Assembly (NCBI GenBank): GCA_030588745.1
Contig: JAUUXB010000003.1
Coordinates: 9,358-73,357, forward strand
From: a bacterium
Lineage (GTDB): Bacteria; Patescibacteriota; Minisyncoccia; Minisyncoccales; JANBVM01
Length of the DNA: 64,000 nucleotides
Direction: 5' to 3'
Shown: positions 1 through 8,105 of the stretch, piece by piece
Numbering within the stretch: the stretch's first letter is position 1
How the letters are laid out: each line of letters opens with the position of its first letter
Position numbers and translations under genes: made by a program
The notes under the pieces: generated by a model
Told to the model about the DNA's origin: nothing
What the model saw: the letters and a program-made list of their open reading frames with translations, nothing else
Databases searched by the model: none

Positions 1-312
1 AATGCATTAGAGGAAATTGTTATTGAAGGCGTACCAACAACCATCCCCTTTTTCAAGATTCTTGTAGAAGATAAAAGTTTTTTAAAAGGTGATTTTACTA
101 CTAATTTTATTGAAGAAAGCAATATTTTAGATAAATTATCTCCCCAACCATCCTGTATTCATGTTGAACAAAAAACAATGACAGAAAAAGAAATTGCTGA
201 GTTTGTTTTTCAGATTTATAAAAATATTGAACAATCTAAAAAGACATCAATTCAAGAACAGCAAATTGCAACAAGCTGGCAGATGAGTGAAAGATTAAAA
301 ATGCTTGAATAA
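1..312 (+). CDS. Biotin carboxylase subunit (acyl-CoA/pyruvate carboxylase type), C-terminal fragment entering from the left edge
   Basis: Frame 1 is open from base 1 to TAA at 310-312. The translation NALEEIVIEGVPTTIPFFKILVEDKSFLKGDFTTNFIEE resembles the conserved biotin carboxylase C-terminal domain. It is followed by BCCP, BirA and carboxyltransferase genes. Confidence 0.7.
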   Translation, partial: NALEEIVIEGVPTTIPFFKILVEDKSFLKGDFTTNFIEESNILDKLSPQPSCIHVEQKTMTEKEIAEFVFQIYKNIEQSKKTSIQEQQIATSWQMSERLKMLE

Positions 313-313
313 T

Positions 314-691
314 ATGAAATTAAGCTTAAATATTAAAGGCAAAAAATATGACATTGAAATTTCCAAAGAAAATGAAAATATAGTTAAGATTAAAGTAAAT
401 AATAAAGATTTTACTTTTAAAGACAAAAAACGGGAAATTTCAATTGCCAAGACAAGTTTGCCAAAAAGAGATTTTTTAAAAAAAGAAATTAAGGCCCCTA
501 TTTCAGGAGAGGTCTCAGAAATATTTGTTAAAACAGGAGAATTTATTAAAAAAGATAAAAAAGTGCTTCTTCTTTCTGCAATGAAAATGGAAAATGAAAT
601 AATTTCTGATTTTGAAGGAAAAATCAAGCAAATTTTAATAACTAAAAATCAGAAGGTAAATAATGGCGATACTTTAATAATTTTAGAATAA
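314..691 (+). CDS. Biotin carboxyl carrier protein-like (biotinyl/lipoyl domain)
   Basis: The C-terminal half carries the biotinylation motif SAMKMENEI (AMKM) in a hammerhead-like domain. I prefer the ATG at 314 over the TTG at 305 given in the ORF track. The stop overlaps the birA start (TAATG). Confidence 0.8.
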   Translation: MKLSLNIKGKKYDIEISKENENIVKIKVNNKDFTFKDKKREISIAKTSLPKRDFLKKEIKAPISGEVSEIFVKTGEFIKKDKKVLLLSAMKMENEIISDFEGKIKQILITKNQKVNNGDTLIILE

Positions 692-1209
692 TGAAAATTA
701 TAAAACATAAAAAAGTTAATTCAACCAGTGCTATCGCTAAAGAATTAAGATTAGAACCTTGGACAGTTATCTGGGCTGAAGAACAAAGCTCTGGTTATGG
801 GAGAAAAAAAGATTATTGGTTTTCTCCTAAAGGAGGTTTATACTTTTCAGTAATTCTTCCAAAAAGTAACATTGAAGACTTGCAGACTTTAACAATTTTA
901 GCAGCTTTTATTATAGCTAAAATAATAAAAGATAATTTTAAAATTGAACCATTTATTAAATTGCCAAATGATGTATATGTTAATCAAAAAAAGATTGCTG
1001 GCGTTTTAACTGAAAACGTAATATCAGGCAATATTAAGTTTTCAGTAATGGGAATTGGTTTAAATACAAATATTGATAAATTTCCTAAGGATTTGGAAAA
1101 TACTGCCACATCACTTAAAATAAAGTTGAATAAAGATGTTGACAATGAAGATATTTTAAAGCAAATTATTAAAGGTTTAAAAGAACAACTAAAAAGCATT
1201 AGCCAATAA
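691..1209 (+). CDS. birA: Biotin--[acetyl-CoA-carboxylase] ligase, minimal catalytic-core form (172 aa)
   Basis: Motifs GRKKDYWFSPKGGLYFSV (GRGRxxRxWxSPxGxLYxS type) and KLPNDVYVNQKKIAGVLTE (KWPNDxxxxxKKxxGILxE type). There is no N-terminal HTH, and the C-terminus is very short. Confidence 0.75.
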   Translation: MKIIKHKKVNSTSAIAKELRLEPWTVIWAEEQSSGYGRKKDYWFSPKGGLYFSVILPKSNIEDLQTLTILAAFIIAKIIKDNFKIEPFIKLPNDVYVNQKKIAGVLTENVISGNIKFSVMGIGLNTNIDKFPKDLENTATSLKIKLNKDVDNEDILKQIIKGLKEQLKSISQ

Positions 1210-1210
1210 T

Positions 1211-2761
1211 ATGAAATTCAAAAAAGAAATTGAAGAACTTAATAAAAGGCTAAAAGATTTAAACAATAAAGAGCTTGATGAAAAACAGCATCAAAAAGGA
1301 AAACTAACTGCCAAAGAACGTATTGGTTTGCTTTTAGATTCAGATAGCTTTATAGAACTTGATGCTTTTGTTGAAACTCGTTTTAATCAGCTGGGCTTGG
1401 ATAAAAAAAGAATCCCTGGAGATGCAGTTATCACTGGCTTTGGAACAATAAATAACAGACAGGTATATATTTACAGCCAAGATTTCTCAAAAATTGGAGG
1501 ATCTTTAGGAGAAATGCATGCTAAAAAAATTGTCAAAGTAATTAACTTAGCTAGAAAAACAGGCTCTCCTGTAATTGGCATTATTGATTCTGGTGGAGCT
1601 AGGATTCAAGAAGGCATATCAAGCTTAGATGGTTATGCAGCAATTTTTAGGGCCATGATTAAATGCTCTGGTTTGATTCCGCAAATCTCTGTGATTGTAG
1701 GACCTTCTGCTGGTGGAGCTTGTTATGCACCAGGACTCTCAGATTTCATTTTTATGGTTAATGGAATTTCACAAATGTATATTACAGGACCTCAGGTTAT
1801 TAAAAAAGTAACAGGAGAAACTATTTCTTTTGAAGATTTAGGAGGAGCATCAGTACATGCTTCAAAAAGCGGATGTGCTCATTTTATATATGAAAATGAA
1901 AAAGATTGTTTTTCAGCAGTTAAAAAACTTTTGTCTTATTTGCCGTCAAATAATCTTGAAAATCCTCCAGTAGAAAGAAGCTTATTAGCTGAAATTTTTG
2001 AAAAAGAAGAAAGTTTAAAGCTTACTGAAATTGTACCTGAAAAAGAAGAAAAAGGTTATGACATGAAGCAGGTAATTAAAGAAGTTTTTGACAAAGGGAC
2101 ATTTTTTGAAATTCAGGAAAACTTTGCAATGAATGTTCTCGTAGGTTTTGCTAAATTAGAAGGCAATGTAATTGGAATCATTGCCAACCAGACAAAACAT
2201 ATGGCAGGAACATTAGATGTTGATTCATCTGATAAAATCGCACGCTTTGTTAGATTTGCTGATGCATTTAATATTCCTTTAATTAACTTGGTTGATACAC
2301 CAGGATACCTTCCTGGCACCGCTCAAGAAACAAAAGGTATAATACGGCATGGAGCAAAGGTTCTTTATGCTTTTTCTGAAGCCAGTGTTCCAAAAATAAG
2401 TTTAATTTTAAGAAAAGCATATGGGGGTGCATATATTGCGCTTTGTTCACGCAAGCTTGGTTATGATAAAGTTATTGCCTGGCCATCAGCTCAAATTGCG
2501 GTCATGGGACCTAAACAAGCAGTAAAAATCATTTTTAAAAGAGATTTAGCTAAAAGCAAGAATCCTGAGAAACTAGAAAAAGAAAAAATAGAAGAACTAA
2601 AAAAAGTTTTCTTAAATCCTTATCAAGCAGCTAAACTTGGTCAGATTGACATGATAATTAATCCAAAGGATACAAGAATAGTTCTAATTAAGTGTCTAAA
2701 ATCACTACTAAACAAACGAGAAAGCAGAATTCCAAAAAAACACGGAAATATTCCCTTATGA
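1211..2761 (+). CDS. Acyl-CoA carboxylase carboxyltransferase subunit (propionyl-CoA carboxylase beta / methylmalonyl-CoA decarboxylase alpha family)
   Basis: 516 aa with a typical two-lobed crotonase-like carboxyltransferase sequence (GKLTAKERI, DSGGARIQEG, GPSAGGACY, VDTPGYLPG, RKAYGGAYI). Confidence 0.85.
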   Translation: MKFKKEIEELNKRLKDLNNKELDEKQHQKGKLTAKERIGLLLDSDSFIELDAFVETRFNQLGLDKKRIPGDAVITGFGTINNRQVYIYSQDFSKIGGSLGEMHAKKIVKVINLARKTGSPVIGIIDSGGARIQEGISSLDGYAAIFRAMIKCSGLIPQISVIVGPSAGGACYAPGLSDFIFMVNGISQMYITGPQVIKKVTGETISFEDLGGASVHASKSGCAHFIYENEKDCFSAVKKLLSYLPSNNLENPPVERSLLAEIFEKEESLKLTEIVPEKEEKGYDMKQVIKEVFDKGTFFEIQENFAMNVLVGFAKLEGNVIGIIANQTKHMAGTLDVDSSDKIARFVRFADAFNIPLINLVDTPGYLPGTAQETKGIIRHGAKVLYAFSEASVPKISLILRKAYGGAYIALCSRKLGYDKVIAWPSAQIAVMGPKQAVKIIFKRDLAKSKNPEKLEKEKIEELKKVFLNPYQAAKLGQIDMIINPKDTRIVLIKCLKSLLNKRESRIPKKHGNIPL

Positions 2762-3441
2762 GCTGTATGTTAATCAATAATTATTTTAGCTTTTTATGGA
2801 TAATTGCTTCATATATCCTGGGATCTTTCCCTTCTGGACATATATTTACAAAGCTCTCTGTTAAAAAAGATATTTTACAAATTGGTTGGCGAAAAACCTC
2901 TGGCTCAAATGTTTTTAAAAACATTGGTATCTGGCAAGGAACACTCACTGGTGTTTTAGATATTGGTAAAGGATATTTGGCAGTTTATCTTGCTCAGTAT
3001 TTTGGCCTGGCAGTTTACTTTCAAGCACTTGCCGGAGTAGCTGCAGTTACTGGGCATAATTGGTCTTGTTTTTTAAAATTTTCTGGTGGAAGAGGCATAG
3101 GGACTTTGATTGGTGCTTTCTTGGCTCTATCTCTCAAACTTCTTTGGCCTTCAGTCATTGTTTTAATTGTCTTGGCAATTATATGGAATGCTTCAATTGG
3201 AACAATTGTTTTTTTAATGGTTTCTTTAACTTTAGCAGTACAATCCAACCAGTTTGAAACAATAGGAGTGTTAATATTAGGTTCTTTAGTTCCAATATTT
3301 ATAAAAAGACTTAGCCCAATAAACGAAATTAAAAGTGCAGAGAATAAATCTCTTTTAATACGAAACCGGCTTATTTTTGATGACGATAAAATATCTGGCC
3401 TGAGAATTAAGAGGATAATAAAGGGTTTGGGCTGGTGGTAG
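2758..3441 (+). CDS. plsY: Glycerol-3-phosphate acyltransferase PlsY-like membrane protein
   Basis: SYILGSFPSGHIF, GSGNVF-like SGSNVFKN and GHNWSCFLKFSGGRGIGT match PlsY motifs. I prefer the ATG at 2758, which overlaps the upstream TGA (ATGA coupling), over the 2692 start in the track. Confidence 0.8.
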   Translation: MSCMLINNYFSFLWIIASYILGSFPSGHIFTKLSVKKDILQIGWRKTSGSNVFKNIGIWQGTLTGVLDIGKGYLAVYLAQYFGLAVYFQALAGVAAVTGHNWSCFLKFSGGRGIGTLIGAFLALSLKLLWPSVIVLIVLAIIWNASIGTIVFLMVSLTLAVQSNQFETIGVLILGSLVPIFIKRLSPINEIKSAENKSLLIRNRLIFDDDKISGLRIKRIIKGLGWW

Positions 3442-3480
3442 GGTTGACAGACTAATATTTATTTGGCAAAATAGGAATTA

Positions 3481-3505
3481 GTCCGTCAAAACGCGGACAT
3501 TTTTA
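3481..3505 (+). terminator. Intrinsic terminator after plsY
   Basis: GTCCGT-caaaac-GCGGAC hairpin followed by ATTTTTATT. Confidence 0.5.
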
Positions 3506-3536
3506 TTAAAAACACTATAATTTCTCAATTCAGTTT

Positions 3537-4757
3537 ATGGACATGAAAAACTTCACTTCAGCCATTAGTCAGATTGCTGAAGAAAAAGGAATTTCTTCAG
3601 AAAAAGTTTTAGAAACTATTGAACAGGCCTTGGCTGCAGCTTATAAAAAGGATTACGGAAAAAAGGGACAGATTATAAAGGCAGAACTTGATGAAAAATC
3701 AGGTCAAGTTAAATTTTGGCAGGAAAAAACAGTGGTAAATGAAAAAATGATTTATTCAGAAAAAGAACTGGAAGAATTGCAAAAGTCCCCTAAAACCACT
3801 GAGGATAAAGAAAAGCTTCGCTTTAATCCAGAAAAGCATATTATGATTGAAGAAGCAAAAAAAATAAATCCTAAAATCAAAATAAATGAAGAGTTGATTA
3901 TATCTTTAAAATCCAAAGAGGAATATGGAAGGATTGCTGCTCAAACAGCCAAGCAGGTAATCATGCAAAGAATCAGAGAGGCTGAAAAAGAAAGTATTTT
4001 TGATGAATATAAGTCAAAAGAAGATAACATTATTTCTGGTATTGTTCAAAGAATAGAAGGTAAAAATGTGTTTTTTGATATTGGAAAAACTTTAGGAGTT
4101 TTACCTAGAGAAGAGCAAGTGCTGGGAGAATTTTACAGACCAGGCCAAAGATTAAAACTCTATATCTTAAAGGTTGAAACAACTTCTAAGGGCCCTAAGA
4201 TTTTTCTTTCCCGCGCTTATCCAAAATTAGTTTCAAAACTTTTTGAACTAGAAGTTCCAGAGATTTCTGCTGGTACAGTATTGATAAAATCAATAGCAAG
4301 AGAGTCTGGCTCAAGAACAAAGATTGCAGTTGCTTCACTTGAAGAAGGAATTGACCCAATTGGAGCAGTTGTTGGTCAGCGCGGAACCAGGGTTCAAGTA
4401 GTAATCAATGAGCTTGGTGGAGAGAAAATTGATATTATTGAATATTCTGATGATCCCAAAATATATATATCTAATGCTTTAAGTCCAGCTAAGGTTGAAG
4501 AAGTTAAGATTATGCCAAAAAACACAGCTTTAGCTATTGTTCCTTATAATCAGTTATCTCTGGCCATAGGAAAAAATGGTCAAAATGTAAGATTAGCTGC
4601 TAAATTAACTGGATGGAAAATTGATGTCAGAAGTTCTTCTCAAGAAACAGAAGAAATAAAAGAAAAAAAGCAGGAAAAAGAACCAAAGCCAGCTCCTGCT
4701 AAGAAACCAGAGGTCAAAGAAAAAAAGAAAGAGAAAAAAAGAAAAAAGAAAAAATAA
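3537..4757 (+). CDS. nusA: Transcription termination/antitermination factor NusA with a Lys-rich C-terminal tail
   Basis: N-terminal domain, S1 and two KH modules are recognisable (GIVQRIEGKNVFFDIG, DPIGAVVGQRGTRVQ, LAIGKNGQNVRLAAKLTGWKIDV). It ends in KKKEKKRKKKK rather than AR repeats. Confidence 0.9.
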   Translation: MDMKNFTSAISQIAEEKGISSEKVLETIEQALAAAYKKDYGKKGQIIKAELDEKSGQVKFWQEKTVVNEKMIYSEKELEELQKSPKTTEDKEKLRFNPEKHIMIEEAKKINPKIKINEELIISLKSKEEYGRIAAQTAKQVIMQRIREAEKESIFDEYKSKEDNIISGIVQRIEGKNVFFDIGKTLGVLPREEQVLGEFYRPGQRLKLYILKVETTSKGPKIFLSRAYPKLVSKLFELEVPEISAGTVLIKSIARESGSRTKIAVASLEEGIDPIGAVVGQRGTRVQVVINELGGEKIDIIEYSDDPKIYISNALSPAKVEEVKIMPKNTALAIVPYNQLSLAIGKNGQNVRLAAKLTGWKIDVRSSSQETEEIKEKKQEKEPKPAPAKKPEVKEKKKEKKRKKKK

Positions 4758-4776
4758 TTAGTTAAAATATATCATT

Positions 4777-5364
4777 ATGAACTTAATTCCCACTGTTATT
4801 GAAAAAACAAAATACGGAGAAAGGGCCTATGACATTTATTCACGGCTACTCAAAGAAAGAATTATTTTCTTAGGAGGACCCATTGTTGATGCAGTGGCTA
4901 ATTCTATTATTGCCCAAATGCTTTTTTTAGCTTCTCAAGACCCAAAGAAAAGTATTCAACTTTATATTAACTCACCAGGCGGAGTTTTAACTGCAGCTTT
5001 GGCAATTTATGATACTATGCAGTATGTAAAATGTCCTGTTTCAACTGTTTGTGTCGGCTCTGCTGCTTCAGGGGCTGCAGTGCTTTTAGGAGCAGGAGCA
5101 AAAGGAAAAAGATTTGCCTTGCCTAATTCCCAGATTTTGCTTCATCAGGTGGCTGTAAGCGGCATAAGCGGCCAGGCAATTGAAGTTGAAATTGCTGCCA
5201 AACAAATTGTCAGGTTAAAACAGCAGGTAAATAAAATCCTAGCAAAACATACTGGTCAGAAATTAGAAAAAATTGAAAAAGATACTGATAGAGATTTTTA
5301 CCTTTCTGCTGACGATGCCAAAGATTACGGACTTATTGACCAGGTAATTAAAACAAAAAAATAA
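4777..5364 (+). CDS. clpP: ATP-dependent Clp protease proteolytic subunit
   Basis: [30 protein letters not shown] and the catalytic-Ser context [11 protein letters not shown] are typical ClpP sequence. Confidence 0.92.
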   Translation: MNLIPTVIEKTKYGERAYDIYSRLLKERIIFLGGPIVDAVANSIIAQMLFLASQDPKKSIQLYINSPGGVLTAALAIYDTMQYVKCPVSTVCVGSAASGAAVLLGAGAKGKRFALPNSQILLHQVAVSGISGQAIEVEIAAKQIVRLKQQVNKILAKHTGQKLEKIEKDTDRDFYLSADDAKDYGLIDQVIKTKK

Positions 5365-5371
5365 TTTTAAA

Positions 5372-6433
5372 ATGAGATTTTTAAAATCAAAAAGGTTTTG
5401 GTTAATTATACTAACCCTTATTATAATAGGGGTTTTAATTTATTTTATTTTTTTTAAAAAAGATATAATTGAAAACGGCGCTATTCCTTCAAATGGACAA
5501 GGTGAAGAAAAAAAAGACAAAACAGAGCCTGCTTCCCAGATCAAATTACCTTTTAGCAATTCCTGGCACAGCGAAGCCTTTATTTTAAGTGTTTTAGACG
5601 AAGATTTAGAATCAAAAATAGATAATAATTCTTGTGAAATTAAGGTTGTAACCTATGATAATGAAGAAGAATATTCTACTGGTTGGATTAAAAGAAAATG
5701 CAATTATGATTTAAGTATTTCTGTTGGAAAAAGAGAACTATGCGGCTTTGAAGGAAAACAAGCTTGCTGGGTATTTATACGCTCAAAAGACAATGCTAAT
5801 AACTGGCACAGTCCTAGTTTAGAAAACAAATCCATTGCTTATTTCAACATTGATTGGACTAAACCTTTAATCAGTAAAGTATTTACTGCCAACAGCCAGC
5901 AAGAACAAATTTATCCTATTAATGTAGAAGAAAATAACACTTATAATTTTAAAACAAAAGTGTCTGATAACTTTAAAGTTACAGGATGCAATCTTTATAT
6001 CAATAATCAAGACCAAGGAATGATGTCATCGTCAGGTTCTTGTGGAAAAGGATGCATTTTAGAAAAAGAATTTACTCCAGTTGAAACCGGCTTTTATCGA
6101 GTTTATGCCGCCTGCAAAGATGCTGCCGGAAACATTTCAAAAAGTGAAACTATCAATGCAAAAACAAATTTAGCTCCAGAAATAACGTCTTGTAGGGTTA
6201 GTCCAGTAGAAGGAAATATAAACACTGAATTTAATTTTTTCGTTGAAGTGTCAAATCCAGATGATGATATTCTTAGTTTTAATTGGAACATTGATGATAA
6301 TGAAATTTCAAATACTAAAAACCCAAGTCATTATTTTACGAGCCCTGGCACTTATAAACCGCAGGTAATTGTTTCTGATGATCAAGGCGCTAGTGATTCT
6401 TGCGCTACTGCTTGGGTTAGCGTCCAAAATTAA
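5372..6433 (+). CDS. Membrane-anchored surface protein with a C-terminal PKD-like domain
   Basis: N-terminal TM/signal anchor (FWLIILTLIIIGVLIYFIFF). The C-terminus FNFFVEVSNPDDDILSFNWNIDDNE...PSHYFTSPGTYKPQVIVSDDQGAS fits the PKD consensus. Confidence 0.6.
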   Translation: MRFLKSKRFWLIILTLIIIGVLIYFIFFKKDIIENGAIPSNGQGEEKKDKTEPASQIKLPFSNSWHSEAFILSVLDEDLESKIDNNSCEIKVVTYDNEEEYSTGWIKRKCNYDLSISVGKRELCGFEGKQACWVFIRSKDNANNWHSPSLENKSIAYFNIDWTKPLISKVFTANSQQEQIYPINVEENNTYNFKTKVSDNFKVTGCNLYINNQDQGMMSSSGSCGKGCILEKEFTPVETGFYRVYAACKDAAGNISKSETINAKTNLAPEITSCRVSPVEGNINTEFNFFVEVSNPDDDILSFNWNIDDNEISNTKNPSHYFTSPGTYKPQVIVSDDQGASDSCATAWVSVQN

Positions 6434-6436
6434 AAT

Positions 6437-7114
6437 ATGAGAAAAAATATTATTATTTTCTTAGCTATAATTTCAGGGTTTATTATTTTCAAAGCTGATT
6501 TTTGCCTGGCACTAAATAATCCAGAAAATCCTAGTGTGTCAGACATTGGCGAAGCCAAAGCTACCCTTAAATGGTCTTGGTCTGAAAATGGCGGCACTAT
6601 TAAACAATTTAAGGTTTTATATAAAGAAGAAGGGGCACTTGTTTGGACGACAAGATACCCCATGGCAGGCAATGGCAATATTGAATACAAACTAATGGGA
6701 TTGTTTGAAAACACTACTTATCACTGGAGAATTAAGGCTGAAGCACAGAACCCGGCAAATGATAGTAATTTTGTTGATGGTCCAGACTTTGCAACAATTC
6801 AAGCTCAAGCCCCCCCTCCCCCGCCTGAAGAAAACGGTGGAGTTTTAAAATTTTTCACATCATTAGAAAATCCTTTAGGCCAAGACAATTTTTGGGACGC
6901 AATGAATGCTGCTTCAAATTTTCTTGTTTTAGCTGCTTTTATTATTGCTCCGATTTTAATAATTTACTCTGCTTTTTTAATGATTTTTGCTACTGGAGAT
7001 GCAGCTAAAATTAATAAAGCTAAATCCATAATTACCTGGACTCTTGTAGCTTTAGCGCTTACTTTATCTGCTAAAATGCTGCCTGGAATAATTAAAGAAA
7101 TATTTATCAATTAA
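6437..7114 (+). CDS. Secreted FN3-like domain protein fused to a C-terminal VirB2/TrbC-like (T4SS-pilin-like) two-helix hairpin, copy 1
   Basis: Signal peptide, then an FN3-like block (ATLKWSW...YKVLYK...TTYHWRIKA) and a PPPPP linker. The C-terminus is NPLGQDNFWD...FLVLAAFIIAPILIIYSAFLMIFATGDAAKINKAKSIITWTLVALALTL, two TM helices joined by a short basic loop. Confidence 0.6.
   Translation: MRKNIIIFLAIISGFIIFKADFCLALNNPENPSVSDIGEAKATLKWSWSENGGTIKQFKVLYKEEGALVWTTRYPMAGNGNIEYKLMGLFENTTYHWRIKAEAQNPANDSNFVDGPDFATIQAQAPPPPPEENGGVLKFFTSLENPLGQDNFWDAMNAASNFLVLAAFIIAPILIIYSAFLMIFATGDAAKINKAKSIITWTLVALALTLSAKMLPGIIKEIFIN
6944..7056 (+). repeat. Near-identical 113-nt segment shared by the tandem FN3-pilin paralogs (copy A)
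   Basis: By-eye alignment to 7698-7810 gives about 108/113 identical bases. The 5' halves of the two genes are much more diverged. Confidence 0.8.
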
Positions 7115-7178
7115 AAACAATGGCTTTATTGTCTAGATAGCTATTTCAACAGAGTAAAAAGTGTTAATATATTAAAAT

Positions 7179-7868
7179 ATGAATAAAAAAGATCTTCTTA
7201 TTCTCTTTGTTGTTATTTTACGACTAATCACTTTAAAACCTGATTTTTGTCTTGCATTATTAGACAAGCCAATAAATCCCGAAACATTAGAGCCCGTTGG
7301 TGAAGGCAGTGCCATTCTTCAATGGGAATGGTATGAAAATGAAGATGGTGATACGCTTAAGCAGTTTAAAATTCTATACAAAGACATAGAGTCAACAGTA
7401 TGGACACCAAGGTATCCTATTGAAGATAGTGGTATTATAACATATAACTTAATGGGCTTAGTTGAAGACACTACTTATCAGTGGAGGGTTAAGGCTGAAG
7501 CACAGGACCCAGCAAATGATAGTAGTTTTACTGATGACATAGAATTCACAACAATACAAGCTCCAATTCCTCTGCCTGATGAAAATGGTAATGGCAGACC
7601 CTTGATCCCAATAACATTAGAAAATCCCTTAGACCAAGACAATATCTGGGATGCAATAGATGCAGTTTTAAACTTTCTTATTTTAATTGCTTTTGTCATT
7701 GCTCCGATTTTAATAATTTACTCTGCTTTTTTAATAATTTTTGCTACTGGAGATGCAGTTAAAATTAATAAAGCAAAATCCATAATTACCTGGACCCTTG
7801 TTGCTTTAGCAATTATTCTATTTTCCAAAGGACTGCCATCAGTTATTAAAGAAATGATGGGAGGATAG
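7179..7868 (+). CDS. Secreted FN3-like domain protein fused to a C-terminal VirB2/TrbC-like hairpin, copy 2 (tandem paralog)
   Basis: Same architecture as 6437-7114. The 3' hairpin-coding DNA is nearly identical to copy 1. Confidence 0.6.
   Translation: MNKKDLLILFVVILRLITLKPDFCLALLDKPINPETLEPVGEGSAILQWEWYENEDGDTLKQFKILYKDIESTVWTPRYPIEDSGIITYNLMGLVEDTTYQWRVKAEAQDPANDSSFTDDIEFTTIQAPIPLPDENGNGRPLIPITLENPLDQDNIWDAIDAVLNFLILIAFVIAPILIIYSAFLIIFATGDAVKINKAKSIITWTLVALAIILFSKGLPSVIKEMMGG
7698..7810 (+). repeat. Near-identical 113-nt segment shared by the tandem FN3-pilin paralogs (copy B)
   Basis: See 6944-7056. Confidence 0.8.
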
Positions 7869-7899
7869 TATTAAGTATTTAGTATTAGGTATTAAGCAC

Positions 7900-7930
7900 A
7901 ACAACGCTGGGAATTCCCAGCGTTGTTTTA
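7900..7930 (+). terminator. Intrinsic terminator after the FN3-pilin pair
   Basis: Perfect 12-bp palindrome AACAACGCTGGG-aatt-CCCAGCGTTGTT followed by TTTTA. Confidence 0.7.
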
Positions 7931-7954
7931 ATCTATTTAAAAAGCAGTGCTGGT

Positions 7955-7982
7955 TTGACTTTTGAAAAACATTTGATATAAT
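7955..7982 (+). promoter_or_regulatory. Sigma70-type promoter upstream of rny
   Basis: TTGACT, 16-nt spacer, TATAAT. Confidence 0.45.
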
Positions 7983-8105
7983 TAAATTGTATTTTAGGTA
8001 AATTAATTTTGGAATTTGGAACTATTAAAACAATGTCAGTTTTTAAAAAAATATTTTTGCAATTCGCTGAAATTGTGCTAAATAGCCAATTTCCTGTTTT
8101 AGAAT

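Noticed and set aside
295-627. Numerous antisense or overlapping ORFs in the six-frame track. Examples: 295-627(-), 984-1199(-), 3021-3248(-), 10063-10536(-), 23395-23988(-), 31255-31734(-), 32038-32601(-), 38569-38847(-), 45518-45763(+), 57014-57295(-).
   Set aside because: Each lies entirely inside a longer ORF on the other strand or frame that has clear family motifs. Their translations are low-complexity Ser/Phe/Leu/Ile-rich shadows typical of AT-rich DNA. They are not reported as genes.
3445-3475. A TTGACA-17-CAAAAT promoter-like match right after plsY, which with the following hairpin could suggest a tiny RNA.
   Set aside because: The -10 is weak and the hairpin begins only a few nt downstream. 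The hairpin is better explained as the plsY terminator, and a TATAAT at about 3517 as the nusA promoter.
6437-7868. The possibility that the two near-identical 113-nt segments are a template/variable repeat pair of a diversity-generating retroelement.
   Set aside because: The five mismatches are not adenine-specific. The conserved part encodes the membrane hairpin rather than an exposed ligand-binding surface. No reverse transcriptase gene is present in the window.
7869-7896. Four tandem heptamers TATTAAG TATTTAG TATTAGG TATTAAG directly after the second FN3-pilin gene.
   Set aside because: The repeat is short, AT-rich and imperfect, and lies between a stop codon and a strong terminator. There is no evidence that it is more than low-complexity spacer.
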